DNA of 64,000 nucleotides from Anaeramoeba ignava BMAN (lineage: Eukaryota; Protista; Anaeramoebae): assembly GCA_028826165.1 (NCBI GenBank), contig JAPDFW010000070.1, forward strand, positions 124,001 to 188,000. Direction: 5' to 3'. Within the stretch, counting starts at the first letter, position 1. Each line of letters opens with the position of its first letter. Shown here one piece after another: positions 24,465 to 38,473 of the stretch. A model generated the notes under the pieces. The model saw only the letters and a list, made by a program, of their open reading frames with translations. It was not told the origin of the DNA and did no database searches. The position numbers and the translations under genes are program-made.

Positions 24465-25350
24465 TTGATTTTGATTTTGATTGAATTGAATTTGAATTGA
24501 ATTGAATTGATTTTTGGATTTTTAATTGAATTGAATTAAATTGAATTTGAATTGAATTGAATTGAATTGGATTGAATTTAATTGAAATTGAATTGAATTG
24601 AATTGAATTGATTTTTGGATTTTTAATTGAATTGAATTAAATTGAATTGAATTGAATTGAATTGAATTGAATTGAATTGAATTGAATTGAATTGAATTGA
24701 ATTTGAATTGAATTGAATTGAATTGAATTGAATTGAATTTGAATTGAATTGAATTGAATTGAATTTCAATTTTTGGATTTTGATTTTATTTTGATTTTGA
24801 TTTTATTTTGATTTTGATTTTATTTTGATTTTGATTTTATTTTGATTTTGATTTTATTTTGATTTTGATTTTGAATTGAATTGAATTTCAATTTTTGGAT
24901 TTTTAATTGAATTGAAATTGAATTGAATTGATTTTGATTTGATTTTGATTTTGATTTTGATTTGGATTGATTTGAATTGAATTGAATTGAATTTGAATTG
25001 AATTGAATTGAATTGAATTGAATTGAATTGAATTGAATTGAATTGAATTGAATTGAATTGAATTGAATTGAATTGAATTTGAATTTGAATTGAATTGAAT
25101 TTGAATTTAATTGAATTGAATTGAATTTGAATTGAATTGAATTGAATTTGAATTGAATTTGAATTTGAATTGAATTGAATTGATTTTGATTTTATTTTGA
25201 TTTTGATTTTGATTTTGATTTTGAATTGAATTGAATTGAATTGAATTGAATTGAATTGAATTTGAATTTGAATTGAATTGAATTTGAATTGAATTGAATT
25301 TGAATTGAATTGAATTGAATTGAATTGAATTGAATTGAATTGAATTTCAA
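24465..25350. repeat. Intergenic (GAATT)n pentamer satellite with (TTTTGA)n blocks
   Basis: Directly visible between the divergent PGK and coiled-coil genes. Confidence 0.9.
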
Positions 25351-25468
25351 TTTTTATCTAAAAATTTGACATTGATTTTGAAAAAAAAAAATTATTTTAT
25401 TCTTTTAAAAAAAAAATCCATTTTCTTTTTTCCACTTTTTTTTTTTTGGATATTTACTTAAAATTTAA

Positions 25469-26880
25469 ATGTCAGATTCATTTTCTTCTCAATTAAATTC
25501 TTTATTATCTCTTGCTTCAAATCATTCTTCTTTTCTTCAAAAAAGTCTTGAAAATTCTCAAAAAAATCAAAATCAAAATGAAAATCAAAATGAAAATCAA
25601 AATCAAAATCAAAATCAAAATCAAAATCAAAATCCAAATAAAAATCAAAATCAAAATCAAAATCAAAATCAAAAAAATGAAAAAGAAAATCAAAAAATGA
25701 AAAAAAAGAAAATCAAAAAAATAATTTAGATTTACTTAATTTTTCAACAGAAAGCTTTTTCAATTTTGATAAAAAAAATGAAAAAAAATTTAACAATAAA
25801 AACAAAAAAGAAATCAATCAAAAACAATGGAATTTGTTAGAAAATCAATTCACAAATCAAAATTCAAATTCAGATTTTTTAAATATGAATTCTTTCAAAG
25901 AAAATCAATATTTAGAAAATCAAAACAATCCAAAACTTAAAAATCCAGAATCAATTTTAAAACCAACTCAAAAAGTTAGATTTGTTGAACCTTCTTTAGA
26001 TTTTACTGAAGATGATTTAGAAAATTATTTTGAATCATTAAATCAAAAAATTTCCAATTCAGAAAAACAAATCCAAGAATTAAATCAAGAATTACAACAA
26101 AAAAATCAAGAAATTGAAGAGAAAAACCAAATCATCCAAAAAAATAATCAAGAAATAAACAAATTCAAAACGGAAAATGAGAAAATCCAACAAAATCATA
26201 ATTTAATTTTATCAAAAAAAATTCAAGAAACTGAACAAAAATATGAATCTCTTCTCAAATCTTTATCAACAAAAATGAATGAATTAATTCAAGATCACAC
26301 AAAACTCGAAGAACAAAGAAAAATTCATAATTTAAATCTTGAAAAACAAAACAAACAACTTCGAGAAAAATTGGAAAAAATTCAAAAAGAAAATCAAAAT
26401 CCAAAAATGGAAGAAATTTCTTTGAAAATTGATGAAATGAAGAAATTAATGATCGATTTTAATCAAAAATCACAAGAAGGAATAATGAAGGAATTGGAAA
26501 TGCAAAGAAACAAATACGAATCACTTAAAGTTACATTTAGAGATTTGCATAAAAATTATGAGATGATGAAGGAGAGAATTCATTCTCAAGGAAATTCCAA
26601 TAATTGTCGCAATCCAAATGTTGGAAAAAATGGAGATAATTTATTGAATAAATTAGATTATAATTTAAAAGGAGATCGTTTTCAAAAAATGGAAAAAAAT
26701 GAGATTCCAAATAATTATCAAAGAATTGGATCTAAAATATCAAATCTAAAAAAAACAACAATTATGAATCCAAAGTTAAAAATGAAGAAGGATTCTGAAT
26801 CAAAAAGAAATGTTAATAGAAAATATATGATTCGACCCAAATCATCTTTTGCTAAAAAGGTTGAAACCAAGACAAATTAA
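25469..26880 (+). CDS. Coiled-coil protein of unknown function
   Basis: ORFs 25469 and 25834 join if one A is added in the A-run at about 25692-25697; long heptad-rich Q/E/K region. Confidence 0.65.
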
Positions 26881-26962
26881 ATTGAAATAAAAAATGGGAA
26901 AAAAATTATCAATTTAATTCAGTTTATTTCAATTCATTTCAAAAAAAAAAAATCTTTTTGGT

Positions 26963-27893
26963 TTAAATGTGGAATTTCTTTTTGAAAATCGTCCACATGT
27001 TGAACATAACATCATACAAATTATAGGCATCTTGCTCATTATAATCTTCAGGTTTGTTTCCCATTCCAACAAGTAAAACGATTTTTGTTTTCTTTTTATT
27101 TTCGAAAATAGGAAGGTTCATAGTGCGGATAATTGGAATATGGCCTTCAGGATAACCTCTTTTAAAGGGACTGTTTTGGTAATCATTAACGATAATACAC
27201 TCTTTCCTTTTAATTGATTCAGACCAAATACCGCCTTTATCAATATCGAAAACCAAGGGTTTCTTCAATAATTTGCATTGCTCCATTGTTTTTGTTGAAT
27301 AAGCAAATTGCGTTGCTGTTCGTTCTTCTTCATCCACAAATACAAGATATCCGATATCAGAAGAAGTCACTTGAACAGCTTTTTCCAGACAAAAACGACC
27401 GATATCAAAAGCAGATATTTCTGAGGTAACAAGTTCTTCATCAATTTTTTCAAAATCCAAAGATGAGTATTTATATTGAATATTAACTTGAAAAAGAACA
27501 TTATCAAGTAATCGAACTGGATGAAGCCAAACAAAAACAGGAAGTGGAGCGAGTGACAAGGTTTGATATTCCCATTCGTAGGTATGCAACCCTTCTGCAA
27601 GTGCTTGACTGATTTTCAGTACCATTTCCTTGTTTTGAAACTTCTTGATTATCGGGTTGTTTTTTTGCACTAAATGATAAAAGATTTCGAAGTGTCATTT
27701 TCGCTATTTGTTCTGAATTAAATTCAAATAATGTATAAAATGGTGAATTAAATCCAAGATAATTTCCTGATGAATCCACTAGTGCTAATGCTCTGAGTTT
27801 TTGAGATATTGATGAAAGATATTGTTTTGTTGTTAAGTTTGAAGGTTTGTATGTTTGACTAAGGAATTCTTGTTTAGATTCAGTTGTACCCAT
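26963..27893 (-). CDS. Putatively N-myristoylated PAS + GAF sensor protein (one-base frameshift at about 27628-27636)
   Basis: MGTTESK N-terminus; PAS-like LVDSSG...FN..F..LF...SAKKQPD...ALAEGLHTYEWEY...LPVFVWL; GAF SDIGYLVFVDE...GGIWSESI...IIVNDY...GYPEGH...PIF...VGMGNK..DYNEQD. Confidence 0.75.
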
Positions 27894-28056
27894 TTATTGA
27901 AGATAATAAGAAAAAAGAAAAGAAAAAGAAAAAAATGAAATCCAAAAAAAAAAAAAATAATTTTTTTTAATGAAATCTTTGAATGTTACGTTTATTCAAG
28001 TTGATAAAAAGGATAAAAAGAAGAAAAAAAAAAAAGAAAAGAAAAAGAAAATTATT

Positions 28057-31000
28057 TTAATCAAAACCGGAATCAGAATCAGAATCATTATCGGAATCAT
28101 GGGGAACGATAACAGTTTGAGATCTTATGAAATGTTTATTATTATCATCATTATTATCATTATTATCGTTATTATCATTATTATCATCATTATCATCATC
28201 AGTTAGAACAATTGTATCATTTAAAACAATATTATCAACCTTGCTGTATTTATCATCTTTATCTTTATTTTCATTCATATCTGTATCAGAATTACTATCA
28301 TCATGAGAGGACTTGTTGATCTCAATATCGCTTTCACTTGAAATGATTCCGTTTTCGTTAATTTTTTGAGCCATTTTATAATAAGTTTCAATTTGATCTT
28401 TTCCTAATCTTTTGATAAATTGGAAAAATTTTGAGTTTTGATTTGAAAGGAGTTGAATTGGCGTGTCAGACTCTGCAATTTTCCCATCGTAGAAAACAAG
28501 AATCTGATTGCATGAAACAAGAATGTTGGGTCTGTTTGTAAGAATAATTTTTGTGTGATTTTGGAAATGAGTTGCAATTAAAGAAAGAATTATTTTTTCT
28601 GTTTGTTGATCGTTCATGTTTTCGAAGATGCTATCAATAAGAAGAACGGAAGCATCTTCTCTCAAGAGTGTACGAGCGAAATCAAAGCGGTATTGAAGAG
28701 GAGGAAGTTTTTCTGAGATGAACTTGATGTTTTCATCCAATTTTTTGGGTGTTGATTCAATGTGTGTTTTTAATTGAAGTTTTTCAAGTGCTGCCCAAAT
28801 GCTTTCATCAGGACATTCTCCTGATGGATCCAAGTTTTGTCTTATTGTTCCGTGGAAAAATGCTGGTTTGGGTGGAATGTAAATGATTTGTTTGCGAAGT
28901 ACAGAGAGAGGAAGTGTTGTGATGTCTTTGTCACCTATAGTTATTGTTCCGTGTTCAATTTCGAAAAATTTTGGAATGCATTGAAGAAGTAACGATTGTG
29001 CTTCATCTTTTTTTTTAAAATTCAAATCAAATCAAATCAAATCAATATTATATAGAAAATATTATATAGAAAATATTATATTTAAAATATTTAATTTAAA
29101 ATATTTAATTGAAAATATTTAATTGAAAATATTTAATTGAAAATATTATATAGAAAATATTATATTTAATTATATTTAAAATATTATATTTAAAATATTA
29201 TATTTAAAATATATAGAAAATATTATATTTAAAATATTATATTTAAAATATTTAATTTAAAATATTTAATTTAAAATATTATATTTAAAATATTTAATTT
29301 AAAATATTTAATTTAAAATATTTAATTGAAAATATTATATTTATAATATTTAATAGAAAATATTATATATAAAATATTATATTGAAAATATTATATTGAA
29401 AATATTATATTTAAAATATTTTATTTAAAATATTATATTTAAAATATTATATTTAAAATATTATATTGAAAATATTATATTGAAAATATTTTATTTAAAA
29501 TATTTAATTTAAAATATTTAATTTAAAATATTTAATTTAAAATATTATATAGAAAATATTTACAAGAAGGCCCACACAAACCAACAAGATCTCCAGCTTC
29601 GACATTAAAGGAAACTCCAAGCAAATCCTTCTTTTTCTTAAATTCATCAGTCATTTCAACTTGGTCAAATGTGATAGAATTAGCAAAAGCAACATCAACA
29701 ACATCAGAAGATTTGAGGGTTTTTCTGGATCGATAGGATATGATAATATTTCATCAAGATGAAGAAGAGAATCGCCAAGACCTGCGCGATGGAAGAAATA
29801 AGAAGAGAGGAAATCGACGAGAATAACAGAAAGAACAAGTGCAACACCAACAAAACTGGGAACAACATCACCAGGAGTAAGAACAATGATTACTGAGATT
29901 GAAGCCAAAAGAATCGCCTCAACAAAGGAAAGTCTGAGTGAGATCCAAGATTCAACAACAGCATTTGGATATTCAATAGTAGCCTTCTGGTTCATTAACT
30001 GATAAAACTTGTTGTGATAAGCCTTTTGATACTCAAAGGCTCGAATAACAAACATTCCCGAAATTGACTCGAGAGAAAAATGTTCGAGTTTTTGCTTGAT
30101 TTTATGATCGAGATACATCATCTGTCTTTGAGTGCGTGCAGTGTAATGATAGACATAAAGACAGTAAAGAAGTACCACTGCAAAAGGTACTAAGAACCAC
30201 GGGTAAATGATCGATACTCCGATGAGAAGAAGAACAATGTGGAAGAATCCGAGTAGAATGTAGTGGAAAGAGTGCATGAGTTTATTATCGACTTTCCAAA
30301 TATCCAAATTGAGAATCTCTCGTATTCGGAACTTCTGTTTAGGGACAAAAAACGGAACGCTTCCATCAACTACTTTTTTAATGATATTTTCTTCAATTTT
30401 TTTGGAGACGTTAACGTTCGATTTCGCAATAAAAAGCCACTGAAGAAAATAAAGAATAACAGACGCAAATGTAACAGAAAAGAGGACAATGAGATAAAAA
30501 TTTCTCGAGCGATTAAAATCACGATCGGTCCAAACAGCAAGCCAAAAATATGAGAAATAAGTTGCACCTTGAACAATAAGAGTCATCAACACGATCAGCA
30601 GAAGCGATCCCAATCCAACTTTCGGGAGAAACTTAGCATAATGGTGCCAGCTGACTTCTCCCGTGTAATGATCCGCTTCGCTATCGAGGCTCGAGAGAAT
30701 CGGTTGAGTTATTGTGTTGTCATCTAAATTGATATTATGAGAAACATCCACTTTGTCGATATCATGATGACCTTGTCGCCGCTCGAAATGGCGAACGTCT
30801 TTTGCCCTGAAGAGCAGATGGTAGTTTCGGTTTTCTCGCCGAAGTTGCTCTTTTTCGATCTGCTCGAAAAATAAACTTGGTTTTTGATTCAAATGCGCAA
30901 ATTGTCCTTGCTCAATGATTTTTCCTTCATCAAGAACATAAATATAATCTGCTTTCGATAAAATATCAGGATCTGTTGAAACAAGCAGACGTGATTTTGT

Positions 31001-34000
31001 CGCGAGAAATTGCAGAATGCACTTCTCAAAAATTGAGTCACGAACGGGTTTTTGGATGTGTTTGAAAAGATCATCAATCAAAAAAATTTCCGCATCTGCA
31101 TATAAAGCTCTTGCGAGATTGATTTTTTGTTGTAATTCAATCGACAAACTCACTCGTTCATCAACTATTGTCATATCCTTCTCAGGAAATCCGCCAAACT
31201 CTTTTAAATCGCATACAGAAATCACATGTTCATAACGCTCGGAATCAAACCGCTTGCCAAACAGAATGTTTCTTTGTATTGTGTCCCGCGACATCCATGG
31301 ATTCTCGGGAATGTAAGAGAAAGTCCCACTCAAAAATTCCGTTCCTTTTTCCATTCTAAGTTGCCCAAAAATTGACAAAAGTAAAGAACTTTTGCCGGAT
31401 TTTGGATCGCCAGAAATTGCAACTAATTCACGGTTTGCTAGTTGAAGTTTTATTTTTGTGAGTACTTGTTTTGTTCCCCGTATGAAGTCTGCGTCGAGAA
31501 CCTGAACACGAATCCGTTTGTAAAGTCGCTCCACATCGCTCTGTTGTTCGGCTTCGTCGTTCACCTTTTTCTCATTAACTTCATTCTCGTTGTCAATGTC
31601 ATCTGTGTCATCGTCTGTTTCTTTCGTCTTCTTTCCTCGATGTTTGCCAAAGTCGCTGTTGCTGTCGCTTGAGTCTTTATATCTTTTTTTATGTTTGATG
31701 TTATCACTATCACTGTCGCTGTCTTCCTCATCCGAACTATCACTTTGGACTTTGACTCCAAATTTTTTTGAGTATGAGGTTTTGTCTTCGACATTGACCC
31801 ATTTTTTTGTCGGTTTTATTTTTGGTGTTTCTGTGACTGGTTTCAACATTGTGTTCCTTTCGTTAAAGATGGAGAATTCGTTATGGTATGTTGATATTAC
31901 TTCATCTTGTACACGAAGAGAGAAATCGGGCATTTTGAGGATTTGTTGTATAAATCTGATGACTTTTTTAGATCTGTGATATCTATCTGCTGCGATTGGG
32001 AGTTGTCTTACTGTATCGTTGAGGAAGAAGTAGAGGATGAAAGTTAGGAAGATCTGTTTAATAAATAAATTTATTAATAATTAAATAAATTTTTGTTCAT
32101 TTCATGTTTTTAATTTTTTTTGTTCATTTCATGTTTTTGGAAATTTACTCTTATTGGAGTTTTTTCTAATTGAATAACATCACAAACTAAATATGTTAAA
32201 GCAAAAGCAGCCGCAAAAGCTATAATTTTATTTATTTTAATTTATTTTATTTGATTAAAAATTTTTGAATTAAATTTACAAAGAAAAAAGAAAAATCCTG
32301 ATAAAACTCGGAAAAATCTTGCATTTTTCAAAACTTGTAATTCTTTTTCTCGTTCCTCTATTTAAAATCAATAATTTTTTTTTTTGATATTTTAATTGCT
32401 TAATGAATTTTGGATTTATATTTCTATAAGTAAATATATCAAACCTTGTATTCTATCAATAAAATGAGCTTCCCATTGATTACTTTTCATTGATGACATT
32501 CCTTCAATAATTTGTGAAAGAAGTTCTAATCTTGATTGTGAAATCCTTCTAACTGACAAACTACGTTTACTTCCCCAATACTCAAAAAGTCCATAAATTG
32601 GAAGAAACATAATTAAAATTGCAACTCCTATTTTTTTTTTGTTTTGTTTTAAAAAAAAAATTTTTTTTAATTTTTTTTAGTAAAGATCTCCATTGATCCA
32701 AAAAAGCAAAAAAAATTTTTTCCGTTTTTTTTTAATTTAATAACAAACCTAAAAATCCAACAGGTCCTAATTCGTAAATTATAATAACAGTTATTAAAAT
32801 TGCCATAACAGGTGATATCCATAAACTTGCGATATCACTTGGCATATAAATAGTATGATCACAAAGATAAGAAAGTAATTGATTAAATTGTTTCATCATT
32901 TTTTCTTCTGTTCTTTCAATTGTTAATAATTTATGATAAACAGCAGAAAGTAAAGAAGTTCGGATCTGAAAAAAAAAAAGAAAAGAGAAAAATTTTAAAT
33001 TTTATATTTAAAAAAAAAATAAATAGAAAATGATTTATTTACTCGATTTCCAACTTTGAATGATTGATATTTAAGATGACTTTCTAAAAATCCTCGAAAT
33101 ATTGGAACCAAAAAGAAACAAACAATATAAAAATATCCCAATGCATTCATTCTATCGTGATGGATAAAATCAATACTAAATTAAAAAAAAATTGAATTAA
33201 TTATAAAAAAAATCATAATTGAATTAAATGATTTTTATTTTAATTTTAATTTTAATTTTGATTTTAATTTTGATTTTGATTTTAATTTTAATTTTAATTT
33301 TAATTTTAATTTTAATTTTAATTTTAATTTTAATTTTAATTTTAATTTTAATTTTAATTTTAATTTTAAATTTTGATTTTAATTTTAATTTTAATTTTAA
33401 TTTTGATTTTAATTTTATAATTGAATTAAATGATTTTTTATTTAAAAGCTTTAAATACACTAAAGCAACGAGTATTGCAATTAATAAAAGACATAAATCA
33501 GATAAAAATTTAAGGAAAGGAAAGAGAATTGAATGAAAACCAAGTATTTTATTAAGGGATTTATAAACAGCAAACCTAAATTAAAAAATCAATTAAAAAA
33601 TCAATTAAAAAATTAATTAAAAAATTAATTAAAAAATCAATTAAAAAATCAATTAAAAAATTAATTAAAAAATCAATTAAAAAATTTTAATTAAAATTTT
33701 ACTCTGTATCCCTTAATTGAGCAATAAATTTGTTATAAAGATCATCAGCACTATCAGTAACGGAAATTGGGTCAAAATCTTCTATTGTTAAAGGTCTTTT
33801 TCTCCCTGATTTAAGAAGTGGATTCATCCAAGTGAACATTATTCTTTTGTTTTGTTTTTATAAAATAAATATTTTCCATTTAATTTTGTTATTTGAACCA
33901 AAATAATTTTAATTGAGAAAAAATTAAGAAAAAAAATTTTTTTTGTTAATCTTAATAAAAAATAATTAAAAAGAAGAATAAAGAATAATAAGGAATAATA

Positions 34001-34098
34001 ATAAGGAATAATAAAAAATAATAAAAATAAAAGCGTTCCAGTTTTTAAAATTTAAATTAAATTAAATAATTTTACCGTGAAAAATTTGAGGGTTTCAT
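28057..34098 (-). CDS. ABCC/MRP-type full ABC transporter with degenerate nucleotide-binding domains, multi-exon
   Basis: N-terminal MFTWMNPLLKSGRKRPL; TMD1; NBD1 GDPKSGKSS...ARALY...FLIDD; TGEVSW..Y linker; TMD2; NBD2 LRKQI...GTIRQNLDP...IWAALE. One missing A at about 29712 shifts the frame before NBD2. Confidence 0.85.
29040..29560. repeat. Intronic (AAAATATTATATTT)n-type repeat
   Basis: 14-mer array in ABCC intron 29563-29007. Confidence 0.85.
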
Positions 34099-34420
34099 TT
34101 TGCTTTTATTTTTTTTGTTTTGGAATTAAAAAGAAAGAAAAAAGAAAAAAATGAAAGTTTTAAATTTAAAAAAAAATAATAAAATAAATTTTTTTTTAAT
34201 TTAAAAAATTAATAAATGAATTTCAAAAATAAATGAATAAGTCAATCTTAATTAAAAAAAATACAAATAATAAATAGGGATCTTTTTTTTTATTAAGAAT
34301 TAAAATTTTTAAAAAATAATTTTGACTAATTTTAATTAACAAATTATTAATAAACCAAAAAAAAAATTATTTTTCATTTTTCATTTTTCATTTTTCTTAA
34401 AACATTTCTAATTTAAAAAG

Positions 34421-36979
34421 ATGGATTTAAAAGAAAATGAAAATCAAAATATAAATCAAAATATAAATCAAAATCAAAATATAAATCAAAATCAAAATAT
34501 AAATCAAAATGAAAATCAAAATCAAAATCAAAATGAAAATATAAATCAAAATCAAAATGAAAATAATAATCAAAATAATAATCAAAATAATGAAAATAAT
34601 AATCAAAATGAAAATCAAAATGAAAATCAAAATCAAAATCAAAATCAAAATCAAAATCAAAATGAAAATAATAATCAAAATGAAAATCAAAATGAAAATC
34701 AAAATCAAAATCAAAATCAAAATCAAAATCAAAATGAAAATAATAATCAAAATAATAATCAAAATGAAAATATAAATCAAAATGAAAATGAAAATGAAAA
34801 TGAAAATGAAAATGAAAATGAAAATGAAAATGAAAATGAAAATATAAATGAAAATGAAAATCAAAATAATAATAAAAATAATAATCAAAATGAAAATCAA
34901 AATATAAATCAAAATAATAATCAAAATAATAATCAAAATAATAATGAAAACCAAGCAATAGATCTTAATCAAGTTTTTGAACCAAATGATCCACGAATCA
35001 AAGAGGTAACAATAAAAAAACAAAGGTTATAAATCAATTTAATAAGAAACAAAACTCAAAAAAAAACAGGATTTATTGCGAGTGATTCATCAATATCTTC
35101 AAAATGAAGGATTTACATCAACTGCATTAACTTTACAAGATGAGGCTCTTGCACAAACTGCAGATCAAATTAAAACACGAAATCATTTTAAGAAAATCCG
35201 TAAGGCTATTCTTGATGGAAATTGGTCAGAAACAGAAACACTTTGTGCAAAATTAACTACAGCAACAACAAGAAAATCTCTTTTTTATGAAGTTTATAAA
35301 CAACAATTTTTAGAATTGATTGATGCTCAAGAATTTCAAAAAGCTTATTCTCTTCTTAATAAAAGTATTAAACCACTTGAAGGAATAACTCAAAAGTACA
35401 AAATCATCAAAATTAAAACTAAATAAATATAAATATTTAAATATAAATATTCAAATAAATATTCAAATAAATATATAAATAAATATTCAAATAAATATTC
35501 AAATAAATATTCAAATAAATATTTAAATAAATATTCAAATAAATATTCAAATAAATATTCAAAAATAAAATATAAATATTCAAAATAAATATTCAAATAA
35601 ATATTCAAATAAATATTCAAATAAATATTTAAATAAATATAAATAAATATTCAAATAAATATTTAAATAAATATTCAAATAAATATTTAAATAAATACTT
35701 AAATAAATATAATTAAATATTTAAATAAATATATAAATATATATTCAAAAGAAAAGGAGAATTTTCCGAACTTTGCTATCTACTTACATGTAGTAGCGTT
35801 CAAGAATCTGAAATGTTTCGGAATTGGGATCGACATTTATCAAGAAAAACAATATTAAAAAACTTTCGAAGCATATTCGAAACACAAGAGAGAAGCACAC
35901 AACCGCCAACAGAAGTAACACCAAACAGACTTATTGTGCTACTTCAACAGGCAATAACGTACCAGATCGAACACAGTACTTACAAACCACTTGCACTACC
36001 CAAAATCACTACATTACTTGAAGATTTCAATTCATTTGTTCTTCCAAATACACTGAACACTATTTTTCGAGGTCACCGTGATGCTGTCAAATGCATCGAA
36101 TTCATCGAAAACGGTCATCATAACGCACAGATAGTAACTGGTGGAGGAGATAACACAATAAGACTCTGGACTCTAGACTCCCCAGAAAGTCAAAAAATAC
36201 TTTTGGGACATTCATCCCGAATTTGGGATCTTTCTCTTTACAACCATTTAATAGCATCCGCATCTGGTGATGAGACAGTGAAGATATGGAATCCTGCGCT
36301 TGACTCCCGTCCATGCGTGTCCACTTTGCAAGTGCATAAAAACTCGGTCTATGCTGTCGAGTTTACTAGCGACGGTAATCGACTAGCAAGTGGTGGTTAT
36401 GATAAAAAAATTAACTTATTTGACGTTTTGACAGGATCGGTTCTCAACACTCTTCACGAACACACAGGACTTGTTTCCACCCTCGCGTTCTCATCCGCAG
36501 GAAACCTCGTGATCTCAGGCTCAAAAGACAAGTCGATCAAGTTCTGGGACGTTCGTAGCGGGATCTGTGTTGCAACATACTCCACACATCTTGGCGAAGT
36601 CACTTCAGTTTCTCTCTCTTCTGACGAGACAAAAATCCTCACAGGCTCAAAGGACAATGCTAACAGGATCTGGGACATTCGTTTGGCAAAGCCCATTATG
36701 CGTTTAAAAGGCCATCAAAACACATCAAAGAATTTTGTTAAGTGTAATTTTGGTCCTAATCAACGTGTTGTTATTGGAGGCTCAGAAGACGGTTTTGTGC
36801 ATATTTGGGATGTCGAGAGTGGAAATATTCTTCAACGCCTTGGCTCAAGAGGTGCTGGTGTCATTTATGACGCTAAATATTCTTCTTCTTTTGGAATTCT
36901 TGTTAGTTGTGGTGATGATTCTAATGCAAAATCTTGGTCTTTTTCACCCTCACAAGATATTCTTGATAATCTTAAATAA
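34421..36979 (+). CDS. LisH-CTLH-WD40 protein (WDR26/SMU1/WDR47-like) with N/Q/E-rich N-terminus, 3 exons
   Basis: Lis[26 protein letters not shown]; [14 protein letters not shown]...KQQFLELI; [11 protein letters not shown]; about 7 WD repeats (GH...[12 protein letters not shown]). Confidence 0.85.
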
Positions 36980-37150
36980 AATATTTTTCTTTATTGGATG
37001 TTTTACTTTTTATTTTAATATGCAAACACTTATAAGTTTCCTCTTATTATTGAAAAAATTGATTATTTTTTTATTTGATTTGAAATCAATCCAAAAAATT
37101 TTTTTTCATTTTTCATTTTTTTCTTTTTAAAAAAAAAAACACAAAAAAAA

Positions 37151-38290
37151 ATGGATGATTTTGGTTCTCCAAGTTTTTGGGAAGATAAATATAAAAAATC
37201 TAATTATATTTATGAATGGTATATGGATTTAAATTTTTTTTTTCCTAAAATTGAGAATTTTGTTTCTTCAGAAAGTGTTATTTTAAATGTTGGTTGTGGA
37301 AATAGTTGTATTTATTTATTCATTTATTTATTTAACATTTATTTAATATTTTTATTATTTGGCATTTTATTTTAGCTTTATGTCAACAACTTCTTGATAA
37401 AGGTGTTAAAAAAATTACAAATATTGATGTAAATTTTATAAATAATTTTATAAATAATTTAATAAATAATTTTATAAATAAATTTATAAATAATTTAATA
37501 AATAATTTTATAAATAAATTTAATAAATAATTTTATAATTAATTTTATAAATAATTTTATAAATAATTTAATAATTAATTTTATAATTAATTTTATAATT
37601 AATTTTATATTTAATTTAATAATTAATTTTATAAATAATTTTATAATTCATCATCTCAAGGTTTCTCAAGAAATTCTTGATAAACTTCAATCTTCTATAA
37701 ATGAAAAAGATTCTGTTCAATGTAATTGATAAAATAAAATAATTAAAAGAAGGAAAAAAACAATTCTCATTTATTTCCAAATCAAAAATTTATTAATATT
37801 TATAAGTTATTAAAATGAATGCAAAAAAAATGCAATTTGAAGATGACACTTTTGATTTGATTTTTGATAAAGGATTGATAGACAGTATTCTTGTAAATTA
37901 ATTTATAATTCTTATTTAATCTTTTTTATTAAAACTTAACTTATCAATTCATATAAAATTTCAAAAAAATAAAAATAAAAACAAAATAATTTCAAGTGCT
38001 CTAAAAATTTTAAGAAAAAAGTTTATAAATATTTAAAAGAAATAAAAAGAGTTCTTAAACCAAATGGTTATTTTTTTATTCTTTCTCATTCTTCTCCTGA
38101 ACAAAGACTTATTTATTTAACAGATTCAAGACTTCGTTGGGAAGTTACTACAGTTTCAATTCGTAAATTATTTAAAAAATTTAATTTTAATTTTAATTTT
38201 AATTATTTGAAAAATTTTTTAGCTCAAAAAAAATTTAATGGAATTACTCGAAATTATTTCCTTTATATATTGGATCCAGGCGATAATTAA
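37151..38290 (+). CDS. Class I SAM-dependent methyltransferase, EEF1AKMT4/METTL13-N-like, 6 exons
   Basis: FWEDKY...YEWY, ILNVGCGNS, ITNID, FDLIFDKGLIDSIL and RVLKPNG reconstructed over GT-AG introns. Confidence 0.85.
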
Positions 38291-38473
38291 AGATAAAGAT
38301 ATTTTATCAAAGAAAAAGAAAAAGAAAAAGAAAAAGAAAATTTTCCACTTTTTTTATTTTTTGAAAAATCCAAATTATTTTATTTTTATTTTTAAATCAA
38401 AAATTAAAAAAAAATCAATCAAAAATTTTAAAATCATTTTTTTCTTTTTTTTCTTTTTTTCTTTTCTTTTAAA

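Noticed and set aside
20655-25350. Telomeric or CRISPR interpretation of the hexamer and pentamer arrays
   Set aside because: No G-rich telomere unit, no repeat-spacer structure, no cas genes; eukaryotic intronic or intergenic microsatellites.
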